A stretch of 64,000 nucleotides of DNA, taken from IMG/VR virus record IMGVR_UViG_3300022561_000002; one strand, written 5' to 3'. The stretch is from a virus (lineage: Duplodnaviria > Heunggongvirae > Uroviricota > Caudoviricetes). A program made the position numbers and the translations under genes. The stretch's first letter is position 1. Every line of letters begins with the position of its first letter. Shown piece by piece: positions 1-10,442 of the stretch. The notes beneath the pieces are model-generated. The model worked only from the letters and a program-made list of their open reading frames with translations. It searched no databases and was not told where the DNA came from.

Positions 1-386
1 CATGTTTTTATTTCTCCTTTAAGGTAGTTAATAATTACTACTTTCAAACCTTTTTCTTTTGCTATATTAATCATATTTAAAGTCCCTTTAGAAGCTCCAT
101 CCCAGAACACGATTAAAGCGTCTGCGTTATTTGCCATTTCTTTATTTCTAATATAACCTGCTGACTTACCAAATGAATCCCAATCAGCAGGATATTTAAG
201 AACTTCATAATTTTTATTTTCTCCGTATTCTTTTCCTATTAAATCGGCTCCTCGAGCCATGCCGCACACTATTAATATTTTATGAGTTTGAGATTTATTT
301 GAAAGAATTTTATCAATTAATGGTTCGGCATACTCATAATCGTTAAAGTCTCTTGTTCCAGCGATGATTACCTTAAAATCTTTCAT
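1..386 (-). CDS. DprA/SLOG-like Rossmann-fold protein (C-terminal part; ORF runs off the left edge of the window)
   Basis: ATG at 386 with upstream RBS; translation contains GMARGADLIG resembling the DprA/Smf GxARGxD motif; no stop codon before position 1. Confidence 0.35.
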   Translation of the reverse strand, partial: MKDFKVIIAGTRDFNDYEYAEPLIDKILSNKSQTHKILIVCGMARGADLIGKEYGENKNYEVLKYPADWDSFGKSAGYIRNKEMANNADALIVFWDGASKGTLNMINIAKEKGLKVVIINYLKGEIKT

Positions 387-387
387 T

Positions 388-2241
388 TTAAAATTCAACT
401 ATATTTTGTATTATCTCATAATCTTCAATTAAAATCTGAGCAGTTATATTTCCATTCCATTCATTAATACTACATTTTCCAACAATATCCATTATACTCG
501 TTGTATATTGGTTAGGAGCAATAGCGTCAAATTCTTCTTCACTACATCTAAACTTAATAACTTCCACTTCATTAATAATTAACTTCAAAGTAGGATTCTT
601 ATCTCTAGACATTAAAGTTTTCATATCTTCTGTTACCTTAACATTCTTAATTGCGATAATAGATTCCTCTATTCCCTTTCCCCAATAATCTTTAAGCGAA
701 GCAACATCTAAAATAGCTCCAGGCCTTAATTCATTCATATCAAATATAAAATCTACGTTGTATTCAGTATAAGAAGTTGTAAAATCAAGAGAGTTAGTAG
801 CAAGTTCTAGAAATTGTTCTAAATTATCTTTTGTGAACTTAACTCCAAGCGCGCTTGCGTGGCCTTCTGCATATTCAGCCAACCCCGTTTCAGTAATAAA
901 ACCTTTAAAGTCTGGAAGTATATTTGTATCTATATTACGAGCGGAGCCAGTAAAATAAGTTTCAGTTTTCTTTACTTCTACCAACTCTTCACGAAGATCT
1001 TGTCCACCCTCGTCATTTTCAACAACAGTTTCTTTTAGAACAAGATTAACGGAGGTTTCAGTATAACTTGAAAGAATAAAAGTTGGTCTTTGATACTTAG
1101 ATGCAATCTTATTAGCAACTAAACCTTTCAAATTTGGATTTGTTTTATTATCTATCTCTAATAATATAATGCTATTTTCATTTAAATAATCATCTGTTAT
1201 TTTGCTTTCATATTTTTCAAATAACTCGTCTGTTTGTTTCTTTTGTCTATTTTTAACATTTGTTAATGTTCTTATCGCTTGTTCAATTACGGTTTCAGTT
1301 TGTCCTTTACCACCACGCTTTGTAGAGGGAATTGATATTTTCGCATTCTCCTGTAGCATAGCTTCGAAAGTAAGAAGCCTTTCTTCCGGAGTGCCTACCC
1401 GCACAACTGAGTTAATAAAAGGAGCTATATACCAAGCAAGGCCTATTGGAGTAACTGTATTTTTTAATGAATACGCTTGTTTTTGTATAAAAGCACTTAA
1501 GAATGAATTGCCGCCAGGACTAAATGAATCTTTCATTGCATCAATCCCTTTTTCAATTAATCTTTTTGTTTCTAATTCTCTCGTATCCATCATATCAGCA
1601 ATTAAACCAAGAGCAACTAAATCTAAATAATCATCAGCAACAGTAGTTTGAACAAAAGGATTTATATGATCTAGTGCCCTACAAAACTGCCAAACAACTC
1701 CAACTCCAGACATCGCTTTATTAGGATAATTTTCGGACATTTGATTATTTACTACACAAGCATCTTCGCTATAATATTCTGTTTCATGATGGTCTAATAT
1801 AATTAATTTTATTCCTAAATCATGTACTCTCTTGTGTTTTTCATATTCATTACTACCTGCGTCAGGTACAATGATTAATTCGTATTTGTTTGCTAAAATA
1901 TCTTCTGTTATATGAAGTCCATGAGTTTTTTCATCATGTACCTGATAGTGAAGATTTGCTTCGGGGAAGTTTCCTTTAATCCAATTATATAGAGTTGCCG
2001 CAGAAGTGAATCCATCTACATCAGAGTCTACTTGGATTAATATATTACTCAATTTATTAACGTGATAAAGAAGTGTTTTTGCTGCATCTTCTATATTGTC
2101 TAATAGCATATAGCTATTAATTACTTCATCGCTCGTATTTAAAAAATCTCTTATCTTACTTTCGGGTATTCCTCTATTCACAAGCACTTGATATGCAGGC
2201 GAAAGGTTTAAATCAATATCGTTTATTAAATTTATCTTCAC
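388..2241 (-). CDS. RecJ-like DHH-family ssDNA exonuclease / phosphoesterase
   Basis: DSDVDG and LIILDHHETE motifs (DHH family); 617 aa. Confidence 0.6.
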   Translation of the reverse strand: MKINLINDIDLNLSPAYQVLVNRGIPESKIRDFLNTSDEVINSYMLLDNIEDAAKTLLYHVNKLSNILIQVDSDVDGFTSAATLYNWIKGNFPEANLHYQVHDEKTHGLHITEDILANKYELIIVPDAGSNEYEKHKRVHDLGIKLIILDHHETEYYSEDACVVNNQMSENYPNKAMSGVGVVWQFCRALDHINPFVQTTVADDYLDLVALGLIADMMDTRELETKRLIEKGIDAMKDSFSPGGNSFLSAFIQKQAYSLKNTVTPIGLAWYIAPFINSVVRVGTPEERLLTFEAMLQENAKISIPSTKRGGKGQTETVIEQAIRTLTNVKNRQKKQTDELFEKYESKITDDYLNENSIILLEIDNKTNPNLKGLVANKIASKYQRPTFILSSYTETSVNLVLKETVVENDEGGQDLREELVEVKKTETYFTGSARNIDTNILPDFKGFITETGLAEYAEGHASALGVKFTKDNLEQFLELATNSLDFTTSYTEYNVDFIFDMNELRPGAILDVASLKDYWGKGIEESIIAIKNVKVTEDMKTLMSRDKNPTLKLIINEVEVIKFRCSEEEFDAIAPNQYTTSIMDIVGKCSINEWNGNITAQILIEDYEIIQNIVEF

Positions 2242-2255
2242 TATTGTTGCTCCTT

Positions 2256-3356
2256 TTACATTATAATTCTATTTTGAAATAGATATTCGAAAACTTCTTT
2301 CCCTTTATCAATAGGAGCATCTTTATATCTTAATAAATTATATTTATCAAACATTATGGATACGTTACAATAGTTTTTTAACTTATTAGCTAAATTGCTT
2401 AACGCTGTTGTGCTCTTATCAAAATTTGCGTCTCCAATTGCTTGGAACTCTTTGTCGTAAGCGATTACGACTTCATCTACATTACATAAATCAATAATCA
2501 TACTTTGTTGAAATAGAGATAAGGAGCTGCCGCATGTAGCGACTGCTATGTTATTCTCTGTTCCAAAAAGGCTATCATAAAGTAAAACTGACTTTTCTCC
2601 TTCAAATATAACTATCTTTTTAATCTTTCGTATATTTTCTATATTAAGATTTAATCCATATAAATTATGTGATAGTGGGTGCGTGTACATTACATTAGCC
2701 ACTTTAAGTGGCATATATTTACCATACATATCAGCATCTTCTGATATCATAGCTCTCCCACGAATTCCTATTAGTTCGTTCATTAGGTTGTAATGTGGGA
2801 TAACAATTTTATGTTCAGTGCCGTAGTATTTAATGTTGTATTTCTTCATTGTTTCTATTGTGATACCTTCATCAATCCATGCTTTTGGAGGCATAAACGA
2901 TAAGTTCTTTAAAATATTATCATCGTATACTTTGTATTCTAACTGGATATTTTCCTTTATTTTGCTAATAATAGCATAGTTGGTCAGTATTCTTAAGTCG
3001 TGTTTTATATCAGATTTTTCATCGTCAGAATGATGATTTTCTACAGTTAAATCTAATTCTTTTACTATATAATCCATGGCATTATATAGAGTCCATTGTT
3101 TAGCGTTGTCTAAACTTTTATTTCTCATTATAACTTCGAATATGTCCATAAAACCACATCCTGTATAACATTGAAATAATTTTGTGTTTTCATAGTAATA
3201 CAGTTTTCTTGAACCAGTACCCGCTTCGTTATGACAAAGAGTTTCACATAAAAACCCAGTAGCACTATAAGACGGATTGCCGCCAAGATTATCTATTATT
3301 TTATAAGCATCCTCCATAGTCAATGAATTTTTTATTTCGTCTTTGTCATAATACAT
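2256..3356 (-). CDS. DNA primase (zinc-binding N-terminus plus TOPRIM)
   Basis: Cys/His cluster CETLCHN...CYTGCG and TOPRIM-like VIFEGEKSVLLYDS motif. Confidence 0.55.
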   Translation of the reverse strand: MYYDKDEIKNSLTMEDAYKIIDNLGGNPSYSATGFLCETLCHNEAGTGSRKLYYYENTKLFQCYTGCGFMDIFEVIMRNKSLDNAKQWTLYNAMDYIVKELDLTVENHHSDDEKSDIKHDLRILTNYAIISKIKENIQLEYKVYDDNILKNLSFMPPKAWIDEGITIETMKKYNIKYYGTEHKIVIPHYNLMNELIGIRGRAMISEDADMYGKYMPLKVANVMYTHPLSHNLYGLNLNIENIRKIKKIVIFEGEKSVLLYDSLFGTENNIAVATCGSSLSLFQQSMIIDLCNVDEVVIAYDKEFQAIGDANFDKSTTALSNLANKLKNYCNVSIMFDKYNLLRYKDAPIDKGKEVFEYLFQNRIIM

Positions 3357-3359
3357 TTT

Positions 3360-4892
3360 TTACTCCTCGTCGTCTTCTTCTACTATTATATGGAAATCCT
3401 CAAGAGGTATAAGTTTATAATTATTATCTGTTAAAAATAAAGGAGTTACTCTACAAATTCCTAAATTCGCAGAACACCATAATTTTACACTCGTGTGGCG
3501 ACCTCTTCTATTTTTATATATATGATATACTATGTTTGGTTCTATAATTGAACCACCTGCCAATAGCGTTTCTAAACATTTTAAATCATTTTCAGTAGTT
3601 GGTAATATGATACTACCAAAGTCGATTTTATCAGCGATAGCTTTTGCACCTCTAATTAAATTCTGATTTGCATCTTTCTTACCTTCCCATTCTCCATTAA
3701 CCTGTGTGGCACTCATAATAAAAATACCAAGTTCATTACATAAATCTTTTAATCTAATAGATAACATATATAAAATATTATCTTCCCTTAATTTTACACC
3801 ACCAGTTTTTCTAGTAATTTCCTCAAGGATCTTTAGTGAAGTATGTATATAATCAAATGCGACATATTTTACATTATTATCTAAAACATATTTACGCATT
3901 GTATTTTCAATATCATCAAGAGAAAAGTTATGTAGTTCTTCAATCCACATTGGACTTTTTGTTATAAGCTCTCCCGCATGCACTACTCTTTCTTCTTCTC
4001 CTGGCCCATAAATACCATTTAAAATACTATCTTCATCAACCCCAGATAAGAAAGCTAACATCATCGTTTGTATTTCTTCTATGTCCTGCTCTGTTGTTAT
4101 ATATAATGATGGTTCAGAAGTTCCGTTCTTTTCCCATCTTTGTGTATATAAATCATATATCTCATTACAAGCAAAATTACAAATATCAGCTGCGGCCATA
4201 CGAGACTTACCAACACCAGACGGCGCAGATCTTAAATAAAACTTCTTTAATCTTGCTCCTCTTGTTATCGTATTGATTAGTGGCCCGAATAATGGGATTC
4301 CAACCTCAGGAGTTTTCTTTAAATTTTGAATTAACTCAAAAATATTTTGCCCTGCGTGGATCATATCTTCACCAGTTGAATTTAAATATTTACTTTTGAT
4401 TTCATCAAATTTTTGGTCTACTGCGACAGTAATGGCTAGCCTATCTACACTATCTAACCAATCCTCTTGTTGTTGTTTTAATTTTATATCAAGAGTATTT
4501 GGATTATATAACCAACTTATATCAACTCCATAATGTGTATACATTCTTAATAAAGTCATTTTTTTCATTCTTTGATAGTAATAATCAAACTTTGAAAGGT
4601 CAGCGATTTTTACAATCTCTGATATATACTCTACACCTTTATTGTTCTGAAATAATTTACTTGCGCCAGGTCTTACTGATAAGTAATTATCTATATCTAA
4701 TACTTCAATTTTTTTCAATCCTTGAGATTTTAAGTTCTGTACTGTTCCATAAATTAAAGTATAAAAGTCTTCTTCGAAATCATCTGTATTAAATTCATAT
4801 TTATCGGTTCTGTTTAGTAAGTTTGGATTTAGTATAAGACAACCTAAAACTTGCATTATACTTCTTTTATCTATATATAAGCTACTATTCAT
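3360..4892 (-). CDS. Replicative DNA helicase (DnaB/SF4 family)
   Basis: Walker A SAPSGVGKS, RecA-like core, ~510 aa; stop-start overlap with the primase gene. Confidence 0.55.
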   Translation of the reverse strand: MNSSLYIDKRSIMQVLGCLILNPNLLNRTDKYEFNTDDFEEDFYTLIYGTVQNLKSQGLKKIEVLDIDNYLSVRPGASKLFQNNKGVEYISEIVKIADLSKFDYYYQRMKKMTLLRMYTHYGVDISWLYNPNTLDIKLKQQQEDWLDSVDRLAITVAVDQKFDEIKSKYLNSTGEDMIHAGQNIFELIQNLKKTPEVGIPLFGPLINTITRGARLKKFYLRSAPSGVGKSRMAAADICNFACNEIYDLYTQRWEKNGTSEPSLYITTEQDIEEIQTMMLAFLSGVDEDSILNGIYGPGEEERVVHAGELITKSPMWIEELHNFSLDDIENTMRKYVLDNNVKYVAFDYIHTSLKILEEITRKTGGVKLREDNILYMLSIRLKDLCNELGIFIMSATQVNGEWEGKKDANQNLIRGAKAIADKIDFGSIILPTTENDLKCLETLLAGGSIIEPNIVYHIYKNRRGRHTSVKLWCSANLGICRVTPLFLTDNNYKLIPLEDFHIIVEEDDEE

Positions 4893-5433
4893 TATCTTCC
4901 TCTCTCTCCAAAAAATCTAAATCGACAATTTTAACTCTTTTATGCACTTTTGGAGATTTGATTACAATATTTCTCTCATTTAAAATAAGGGAATCCGCAT
5001 GGGTATCCTTATTTAACGCCTGAGCAAAGAAAATAGTTTCATAATATTTACTTGCATCTGAATAAACATATGGGACTATTCCAATTCCTCCATTGGCTTT
5101 TTCTATCGGCTCTTTTTTTACTTCATACCAATATTTCAGCGTACCTAAGATACCTGAATACGAAAAATGGTATTGCTCAACCATGTCTTTTATTTGTTTT
5201 TTAATTCTTGCATTAACAAAATCAATTTCAAATAAATCACAAAGATATTTTTCTAATTCTTCTATTGCTTTAAATGATTGATTTTCTTTTTCTTTATGTG
5301 CTTCATAACAATGCTTGTGCCAATATCTGTTTTTATAAAAAACATTTTCTTCTTCACTTCGATAGAAAAAAATTCCACATAAGGGACATTTAACTTTTCT
5401 TTGTGTTGCCAATATTTCGCCTCCTTGTAACAA
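4885..5433 (-). CDS. Hypothetical protein with N-terminal zinc finger
   Basis: CPLCG...HKHCYEAH motif; 8-nt overlap with the upstream helicase gene. Confidence 0.4.
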   Translation of the reverse strand: MLQGGEILATQRKVKCPLCGIFFYRSEEENVFYKNRYWHKHCYEAHKEKENQSFKAIEELEKYLCDLFEIDFVNARIKKQIKDMVEQYHFSYSGILGTLKYWYEVKKEPIEKANGGIGIVPYVYSDASKYYETIFFAQALNKDTHADSLILNERNIVIKSPKVHKRVKIVDLDFLEREEDNE

Positions 5434-5531
5434 TATTTTATTTACATTTATAATATATTATACCATATTTTTACAACAATGTCAAAAAGGAGCCGCTGTA
5501 TAACAGCAACTCCTTTCCTAGTAATTAACAA

Positions 5532-6509
5532 CTACTCCTTGATTTCCTTTATCTCGGATATGATGATATCAACCAATTGTACTTGATCTCTACTACAATC
5601 CGAAACCTTTTTCCCTTTACCTAAATGTCTATCGACAATTTCGGTAATTCTTGGTGCATAATAAGCCATGTTTTTCTCAATTAATACACCAGTTAATTCT
5701 TTAAATTCAGTCATTAAAGTATCAAAATCAACAGCTTCTTCTCTATTTATATATAGATTTTCTCTTGAATCAGTGATGTATTCACCACCATCTTCTTCTG
5801 ATTGTTTTTCAATAGCTCCAACAATTGCATCTACAAGATTATCATAACTAAATTCGATCCTGTCAGGTGTGTATTTAAATCTCGAACCGGCCTCAAAACG
5901 AGGTGTTCCACGCATGAATAAAAACGTTTTGTTTCCAGCTTCTGTCTCAACTATTCTTGAATATCCGATGATATCGCACATTCTTGAAGTAATTAATCTT
6001 GCCTTATTAGGCATAGTTGGAACAATTTTATTATATTCAGTTCCATCTTCGTTCTGATATGTTTTATCAGCAGAGTGAGAGATTAATACTAATCCATAAC
6101 CCATTTGTACAATCGAACGAAGTCTTTGGTCAAATTCTTTTCCCGATTTGGTAAATCCTTGACCAAAAGGAATTTTATTAATAGCATCTACACCTTCAAC
6201 ATTACAAATATACTGTTCACAATATTCATAAGCAATGTCTGCGGTATCTATAATAATTGTTTCAAATTTTTCTTGAACATTTGCTTCTTTAAGTTCTCTT
6301 AATGTTTTTAGAAAGTCTGACCAGCTATTGATTGGCTGAGCGTAAACCCCAGCCAATGCAGAATAACCTTTTTCAAAAGCAAGTAATAAGGCATTAGGGA
6401 ACTTACTTGCTGTTGTTGTCTTTCCAGACTTTATTTCGCCATAAAAAAGTACACTATAACCTCTAAGGTCTTTACTTACTTTGTGAGGAGTAAGATCTAA
6501 TAATCCCAT
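5532..6509 (-). CDS. AAA_24 / Sak4-like recombination ATPase
   Basis: Walker A GEIKSGKTT, Walker B IIIDTAD; architecture typical of phage AAA_24 proteins. Confidence 0.55.
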   Translation of the reverse strand: MGLLDLTPHKVSKDLRGYSVLFYGEIKSGKTTTASKFPNALLLAFEKGYSALAGVYAQPINSWSDFLKTLRELKEANVQEKFETIIIDTADIAYEYCEQYICNVEGVDAINKIPFGQGFTKSGKEFDQRLRSIVQMGYGLVLISHSADKTYQNEDGTEYNKIVPTMPNKARLITSRMCDIIGYSRIVETEAGNKTFLFMRGTPRFEAGSRFKYTPDRIEFSYDNLVDAIVGAIEKQSEEDGGEYITDSRENLYINREEAVDFDTLMTEFKELTGVLIEKNMAYYAPRITEIVDRHLGKGKKVSDCSRDQVQLVDIIISEIKEIKE

Positions 6510-6526
6510 ATGTTACCTCCTCTTTC

Positions 6527-7432
6527 TTAAAACTTAAATTCAGCTTTAGCAGTATCAGCTCCAACGATAGGAGTTGAGTCAGTTTTCTTTTTAGCAGCTT
6601 CTGTCTTAGTCTTTAAATCAGCTAAGTATAGATTTCTTGCGGAAATACCATCTTGAACTTCTTTAACAGTAAGAACTGAATCTTCACCAAATACATAAGC
6701 ATTTTTATTCGTTCCTGTAATAACGAATTTTTTTCTACTATTTGTGTACTCTACAACTTTAGCGTCTCCGAAAGCAGATTCCTCTGTTTTAGAACTTGAA
6801 GTAGTAGTAGTAACCATATTACCCCATACTTTTGTGAAAGTATTAGATTCTAGGTCTCTGAAGTAGGCAATTCCATTAGTGTTTTCAACTAGGAATTTAA
6901 CTGGCATAGCTTTATCAGCATAGTCAAAGATAATTCCATTGACTACTAAAGCACCATTTGGTTCCATCGTTCCATCTTCACTTTTACTCATATCGTCTGT
7001 TACAGAAGTGATAAGAATATCAACTTCAAAAGTAGCAGCAGGTGTGAATTTGTTATCAGTAACTATATGTGTGAAACCATTAAAGTTTCTAACAGAAGAA
7101 ATTAATTCTCCATCAGGTCTGTACCAGTCATTTAAAGATAGTGCGGAATCGATTCTAACTCTAGCCGCATTTTCTCTACCATTAGCAACAACTGAACTAC
7201 CAGCGATAATAGTTTTTAAAGTATCGTATTTTTGGTTTTTAGTGCCTTTTTTAGTAATCTCTGATTCATAGATATCAATTACTACGATGTTGTCTTCTGT
7301 TACTTCAACAGAGATTTTACCATTGATATATTTTGAACCAGGTTTAGCCGCATTAGGTCCAGCAACCTTTTCTTCCATTGTTGTTTCATAAAGGAAGCCT
7401 TCAATGTGACTTTTGTTTATCATTTTCTTCAT
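6527..7432 (-). CDS. Hypothetical protein, possibly ssDNA-binding or recombination-associated
   Basis: 301 aa ORF directly downstream of the AAA_24 gene; no clear motif. Confidence 0.35.
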   Translation of the reverse strand: MKKMINKSHIEGFLYETTMEEKVAGPNAAKPGSKYINGKISVEVTEDNIVVIDIYESEITKKGTKNQKYDTLKTIIAGSSVVANGRENAARVRIDSALSLNDWYRPDGELISSVRNFNGFTHIVTDNKFTPAATFEVDILITSVTDDMSKSEDGTMEPNGALVVNGIIFDYADKAMPVKFLVENTNGIAYFRDLESNTFTKVWGNMVTTTTSSSKTEESAFGDAKVVEYTNSRKKFVITGTNKNAYVFGEDSVLTVKEVQDGISARNLYLADLKTKTEAAKKKTDSTPIVGADTAKAEFKF

Positions 7433-7506
7433 AAGTTTTTTCTCCTTATTAATTGTTTAACTATAATTTATTTGTTTATCGTATTACTTTCAAAATTGAA
7501 AATGAC

Positions 7507-7878
7507 TTAAAAGGAAAGTTGTCTACCTTTATCGGTAATAGCATATACAATAGGACTTTCAGTCATTTTCTCAACGTAACCGTCTGTGACTAATTTTCTC
7601 ATTGCTCCACTAATAACCTTAGAACTTACAAACATACCTTCTGCAATATCTTTTGCATAAAATAAGTTACTTTTAACCTCTTCATTACTTTGCATGAATA
7701 AGATAATATTCTTCCCGTTTTCTGTTACCTCTACTTTTTGTGTTTCTTTAATTAATTTTAAGCTTTCAAAATAAGCTAATGCCTGCTCTTCGTTATACAT
7801 TTCATGTATATCGTTTGGAGTCAGGAGATACTCAACCATTTTAATAAACTCTTGTTTTTTACTCATTTTTTTCTCCAT
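7507..7878 (-). CDS. Hypothetical protein
   Basis: 123 aa ORF with RBS. Confidence 0.4.
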   Translation of the reverse strand: MEKKMSKKQEFIKMVEYLLTPNDIHEMYNEEQALAYFESLKLIKETQKVEVTENGKNIILFMQSNEEVKSNLFYAKDIAEGMFVSSKVISGAMRKLVTDGYVEKMTESPIVYAITDKGRQLSF

Positions 7879-7984
7879 TCAGTTGCGTGTTTAATCTAAT
7901 TAATATTATGCTCGATTTAAAATGGCTAATAGAAGAAGGGGATTTGCTCTAAAACAAACCCCATTCTAATTATTTGTTAATTGA

Positions 7985-8248
7985 TTACTCTGCGTCTGCA
8001 GTTGGATCAAAATCCATTCCAGCATCAGTAAGTTTTAAGAACTTAACTGCTTTGTGTGATCCATCAGCTACTTCAACTTCAGCTGCAACTCTTTCTCCAA
8101 GACCTTTCTTAACGAAAGAATTGAATGTGCCTGTGATTGAATTTACTGGAAGGTCAATTGCTTCTGAGATGTCGTGAACTGTTACGTTTTCATTATCAAT
8201 TCCCTTTAAATAAGCAAGTACCTTTTGTGCGTTTTCTGACATTTTCAT
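7985..8248 (-). CDS. Hypothetical protein
   Basis: 87 aa ORF with RBS; followed by a promoter-rich intergenic region. Confidence 0.4.
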   Translation of the reverse strand: MKMSENAQKVLAYLKGIDNENVTVHDISEAIDLPVNSITGTFNSFVKKGLGERVAAEVEVADGSHKAVKFLKLTDAGMDFDPTADAE

Positions 8249-8534
8249 AATTTGTTTCTCCTTTTAATTGTTTTGAATTATTTGCTCAAGGAATTTAGTT
8301 TCCTTAACTTATATATATATTATAAAACATTTTTTGTTAAATGTCAAAGTAAATCTGACATTTTTGGGAATATTTTACAATGTATAACTTAATTATTATG
8401 GTTTTTACCGAAGATAGGATTACCATAAACCCAGTGGTGTAAAGTCCCCACACTGCTAAAACCATTATCACAAATTTATTGTTTTTTGATTATGATATAT
8501 TATATAATATTTTTTAGTAAACGTCAAATAACTT

Positions 8535-9632
8535 CTACTTAAAAACTTCTTTAAATGTACACGATTTTGCATTCTTGTCGTCTCGGAACCCTTTGAGTAT
8601 TGGATGTCGTATACTTTCTTTTGTTATTTCCATACAATTAATTTTAGCGACTTTCATAATATAGTCATTAGGATTTTTAGATATTTTCTCTTTTAACTCG
8701 TCACTAAGTCCAGATGAGGCAGAACATATATACTCAACTTCGCCCTTATCATTATAAGCACCAAGTCTAACAGAAGTAAACCAATCATTGAAATATGGTT
8801 TTGTGATAGCAGAGAAGCCATCAACTCCATAATAAAAACCTTTTACTTTTGCTCCTTCTCCATCCATCCAATACTGCCAACTTTCAATTTGATCGCCTTC
8901 ATAATACATTCCTATTTGTTCAAAACCCATACAAATTAAATCTATATCATCTTGTTTTTTATGTTTAATCATACTCCACGCAGGACGTTTGCCTTCTGCA
9001 TATGGAGCGGTTTTTAATTTAAGGACTACTCCTTCTTCATCATTCGCCATAGCTTCTAGTAAAAAATCATATATACCAGTAAACTTGGCTTCTGCTATTT
9101 GAATAAAATCATAAGAGGTTAATTCATACTCATTAACTACATCTGTTAATATACTATATCTTTCAAGTGCCCCACTAGAGGTTAAATCTTTTCCACTAAA
9201 TTTTAAGATATCATGTAGGTAAAAATGTATATTACCTTTTTCTTTTTGTCTTGCTATTGATTTTGCAGGAAGACATCCCATAATAGTTCTAACTTCATTC
9301 GAAGTTTCACCTTCGTAATAAATCTCACCAATAATAACTGTATCATTTGGTAGGGATTCAAAGGCTTTTTGTATATGAGGAACTTTTTCAATACATTCAA
9401 CAGGTAAACCAGTTTTTACACTTTCGCCCCTACTAAATAAATATCCGACTCCATCAACACTCTTGGAATATTCATACCAATTTCCATCTTTTTTTAATTC
9501 TGCGAAGTACTTCTCTCCATCACAAATTTCTTTTAGCATACTTTTTTTGTTGGCGGGAAGACTCCAAATTTCCATTGCTTCATAGATTGAAGCTCCTGGA
9601 TAATACTTGTTAACTTTTTCTTGTAAATACAT
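8535..9632 (-). CDS. ATP-dependent DNA ligase (or RNA ligase)
   Basis: Motif I ELKKDGNW (KxDG), EGVVLKLK resembling nucleotidyltransferase motifs IV/V; 365 aa, T7-ligase size. Confidence 0.5.
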   Translation of the reverse strand: MYLQEKVNKYYPGASIYEAMEIWSLPANKKSMLKEICDGEKYFAELKKDGNWYEYSKSVDGVGYLFSRGESVKTGLPVECIEKVPHIQKAFESLPNDTVIIGEIYYEGETSNEVRTIMGCLPAKSIARQKEKGNIHFYLHDILKFSGKDLTSSGALERYSILTDVVNEYELTSYDFIQIAEAKFTGIYDFLLEAMANDEEGVVLKLKTAPYAEGKRPAWSMIKHKKQDDIDLICMGFEQIGMYYEGDQIESWQYWMDGEGAKVKGFYYGVDGFSAITKPYFNDWFTSVRLGAYNDKGEVEYICSASSGLSDELKEKISKNPNDYIMKVAKINCMEITKESIRHPILKGFRDDKNAKSCTFKEVFK

Positions 9633-9695
9633 AATATAAATTACTCCTTCGTTTTAAAGAAATATTAATTAAAATTTTATAGCATTATTTATTGT

Positions 9696-10349
9696 CTAGT
9701 TTCCATAACAAAAATAGGTATAAGAACCAGTATTCTCATTATAAAATGACTTGTATACTCCATTTCCTTGAGTAAACTCTGCTTGGAATAATACATTTTC
9801 GGGACAATACACGTTGCCTGCTAAAGCAAGTTTTGCGTTCTTGACGGCTCTTTTAGATGGCTCTTCATTCCATTTACTTGAACCAACACAAGAATACTGA
9901 CCACTTTGATAAATAACCTCACTAATACTGTTTGGGAATTTATCACTTGTTACTCTGTTTAAAGCAACCATAGCAACTAATTGTTGATGTTCATCTGTCA
10001 ACCAATCACTACCAGCCTCACAATTTATTAATTTAGATAATAAAATTAAATCTTCTTGTGAGTATTTATTTCTTTTTTCAATACTTCTGCTTACTTCTTT
10101 TTCTGTTGTTATAGCCGATTCTCCAACTACAATAGCCTTTGTTATAACAGCTTTTTTGACTGCTTCAACTTCTTCTTTTACCATTGCGATTTTATTATCT
10201 TCTATTATTTTTTCTTCCTTAACTATATTATAATTATACCATATTTTTGGGATAGGGTCAACATAGGCGACAGAATAATTAACAGGAATCATAGCTATTA
10301 CAATTACAGCGATAAGTATTTTTATAGCAATTTCTTTAATAGTATTCAT
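9696..10349 (-). CDS. SleB/CwlJ-family cell-wall hydrolase with N-terminal TM anchor
   Basis: N-terminal hydrophobic segment; LINCEAGSDW...AMVALNRV matches the Hydrolase_2 (SleB) signature. Confidence 0.5.
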   Translation of the reverse strand: MNTIKEIAIKILIAVIVIAMIPVNYSVAYVDPIPKIWYNYNIVKEEKIIEDNKIAMVKEEVEAVKKAVITKAIVVGESAITTEKEVSRSIEKRNKYSQEDLILLSKLINCEAGSDWLTDEHQQLVAMVALNRVTSDKFPNSISEVIYQSGQYSCVGSSKWNEEPSKRAVKNAKLALAGNVYCPENVLFQAEFTQGNGVYKSFYNENTGSYTYFCYGN

Positions 10350-10442
10350 ATTTACTTCTCCTTTATTTTTTGAAGAAGGGAGAGTTACTCTCCCCTTTCT
10401 ATTCTTCAGTCTTAGTAGTATAAATACTATAAAATTTTATTG

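Noticed and set aside
1202-1630. All plus-strand ORFs in the track (for example 1202-1630, 10624-11187, 11052-11396, 35087-35425 and 55724-56119)
   Set aside because: Each lies wholly inside a better-supported minus-strand gene or a tRNA or regulatory region. They lack RBSs and have low-complexity translations. They are antisense artefacts of an AT-rich sequence.
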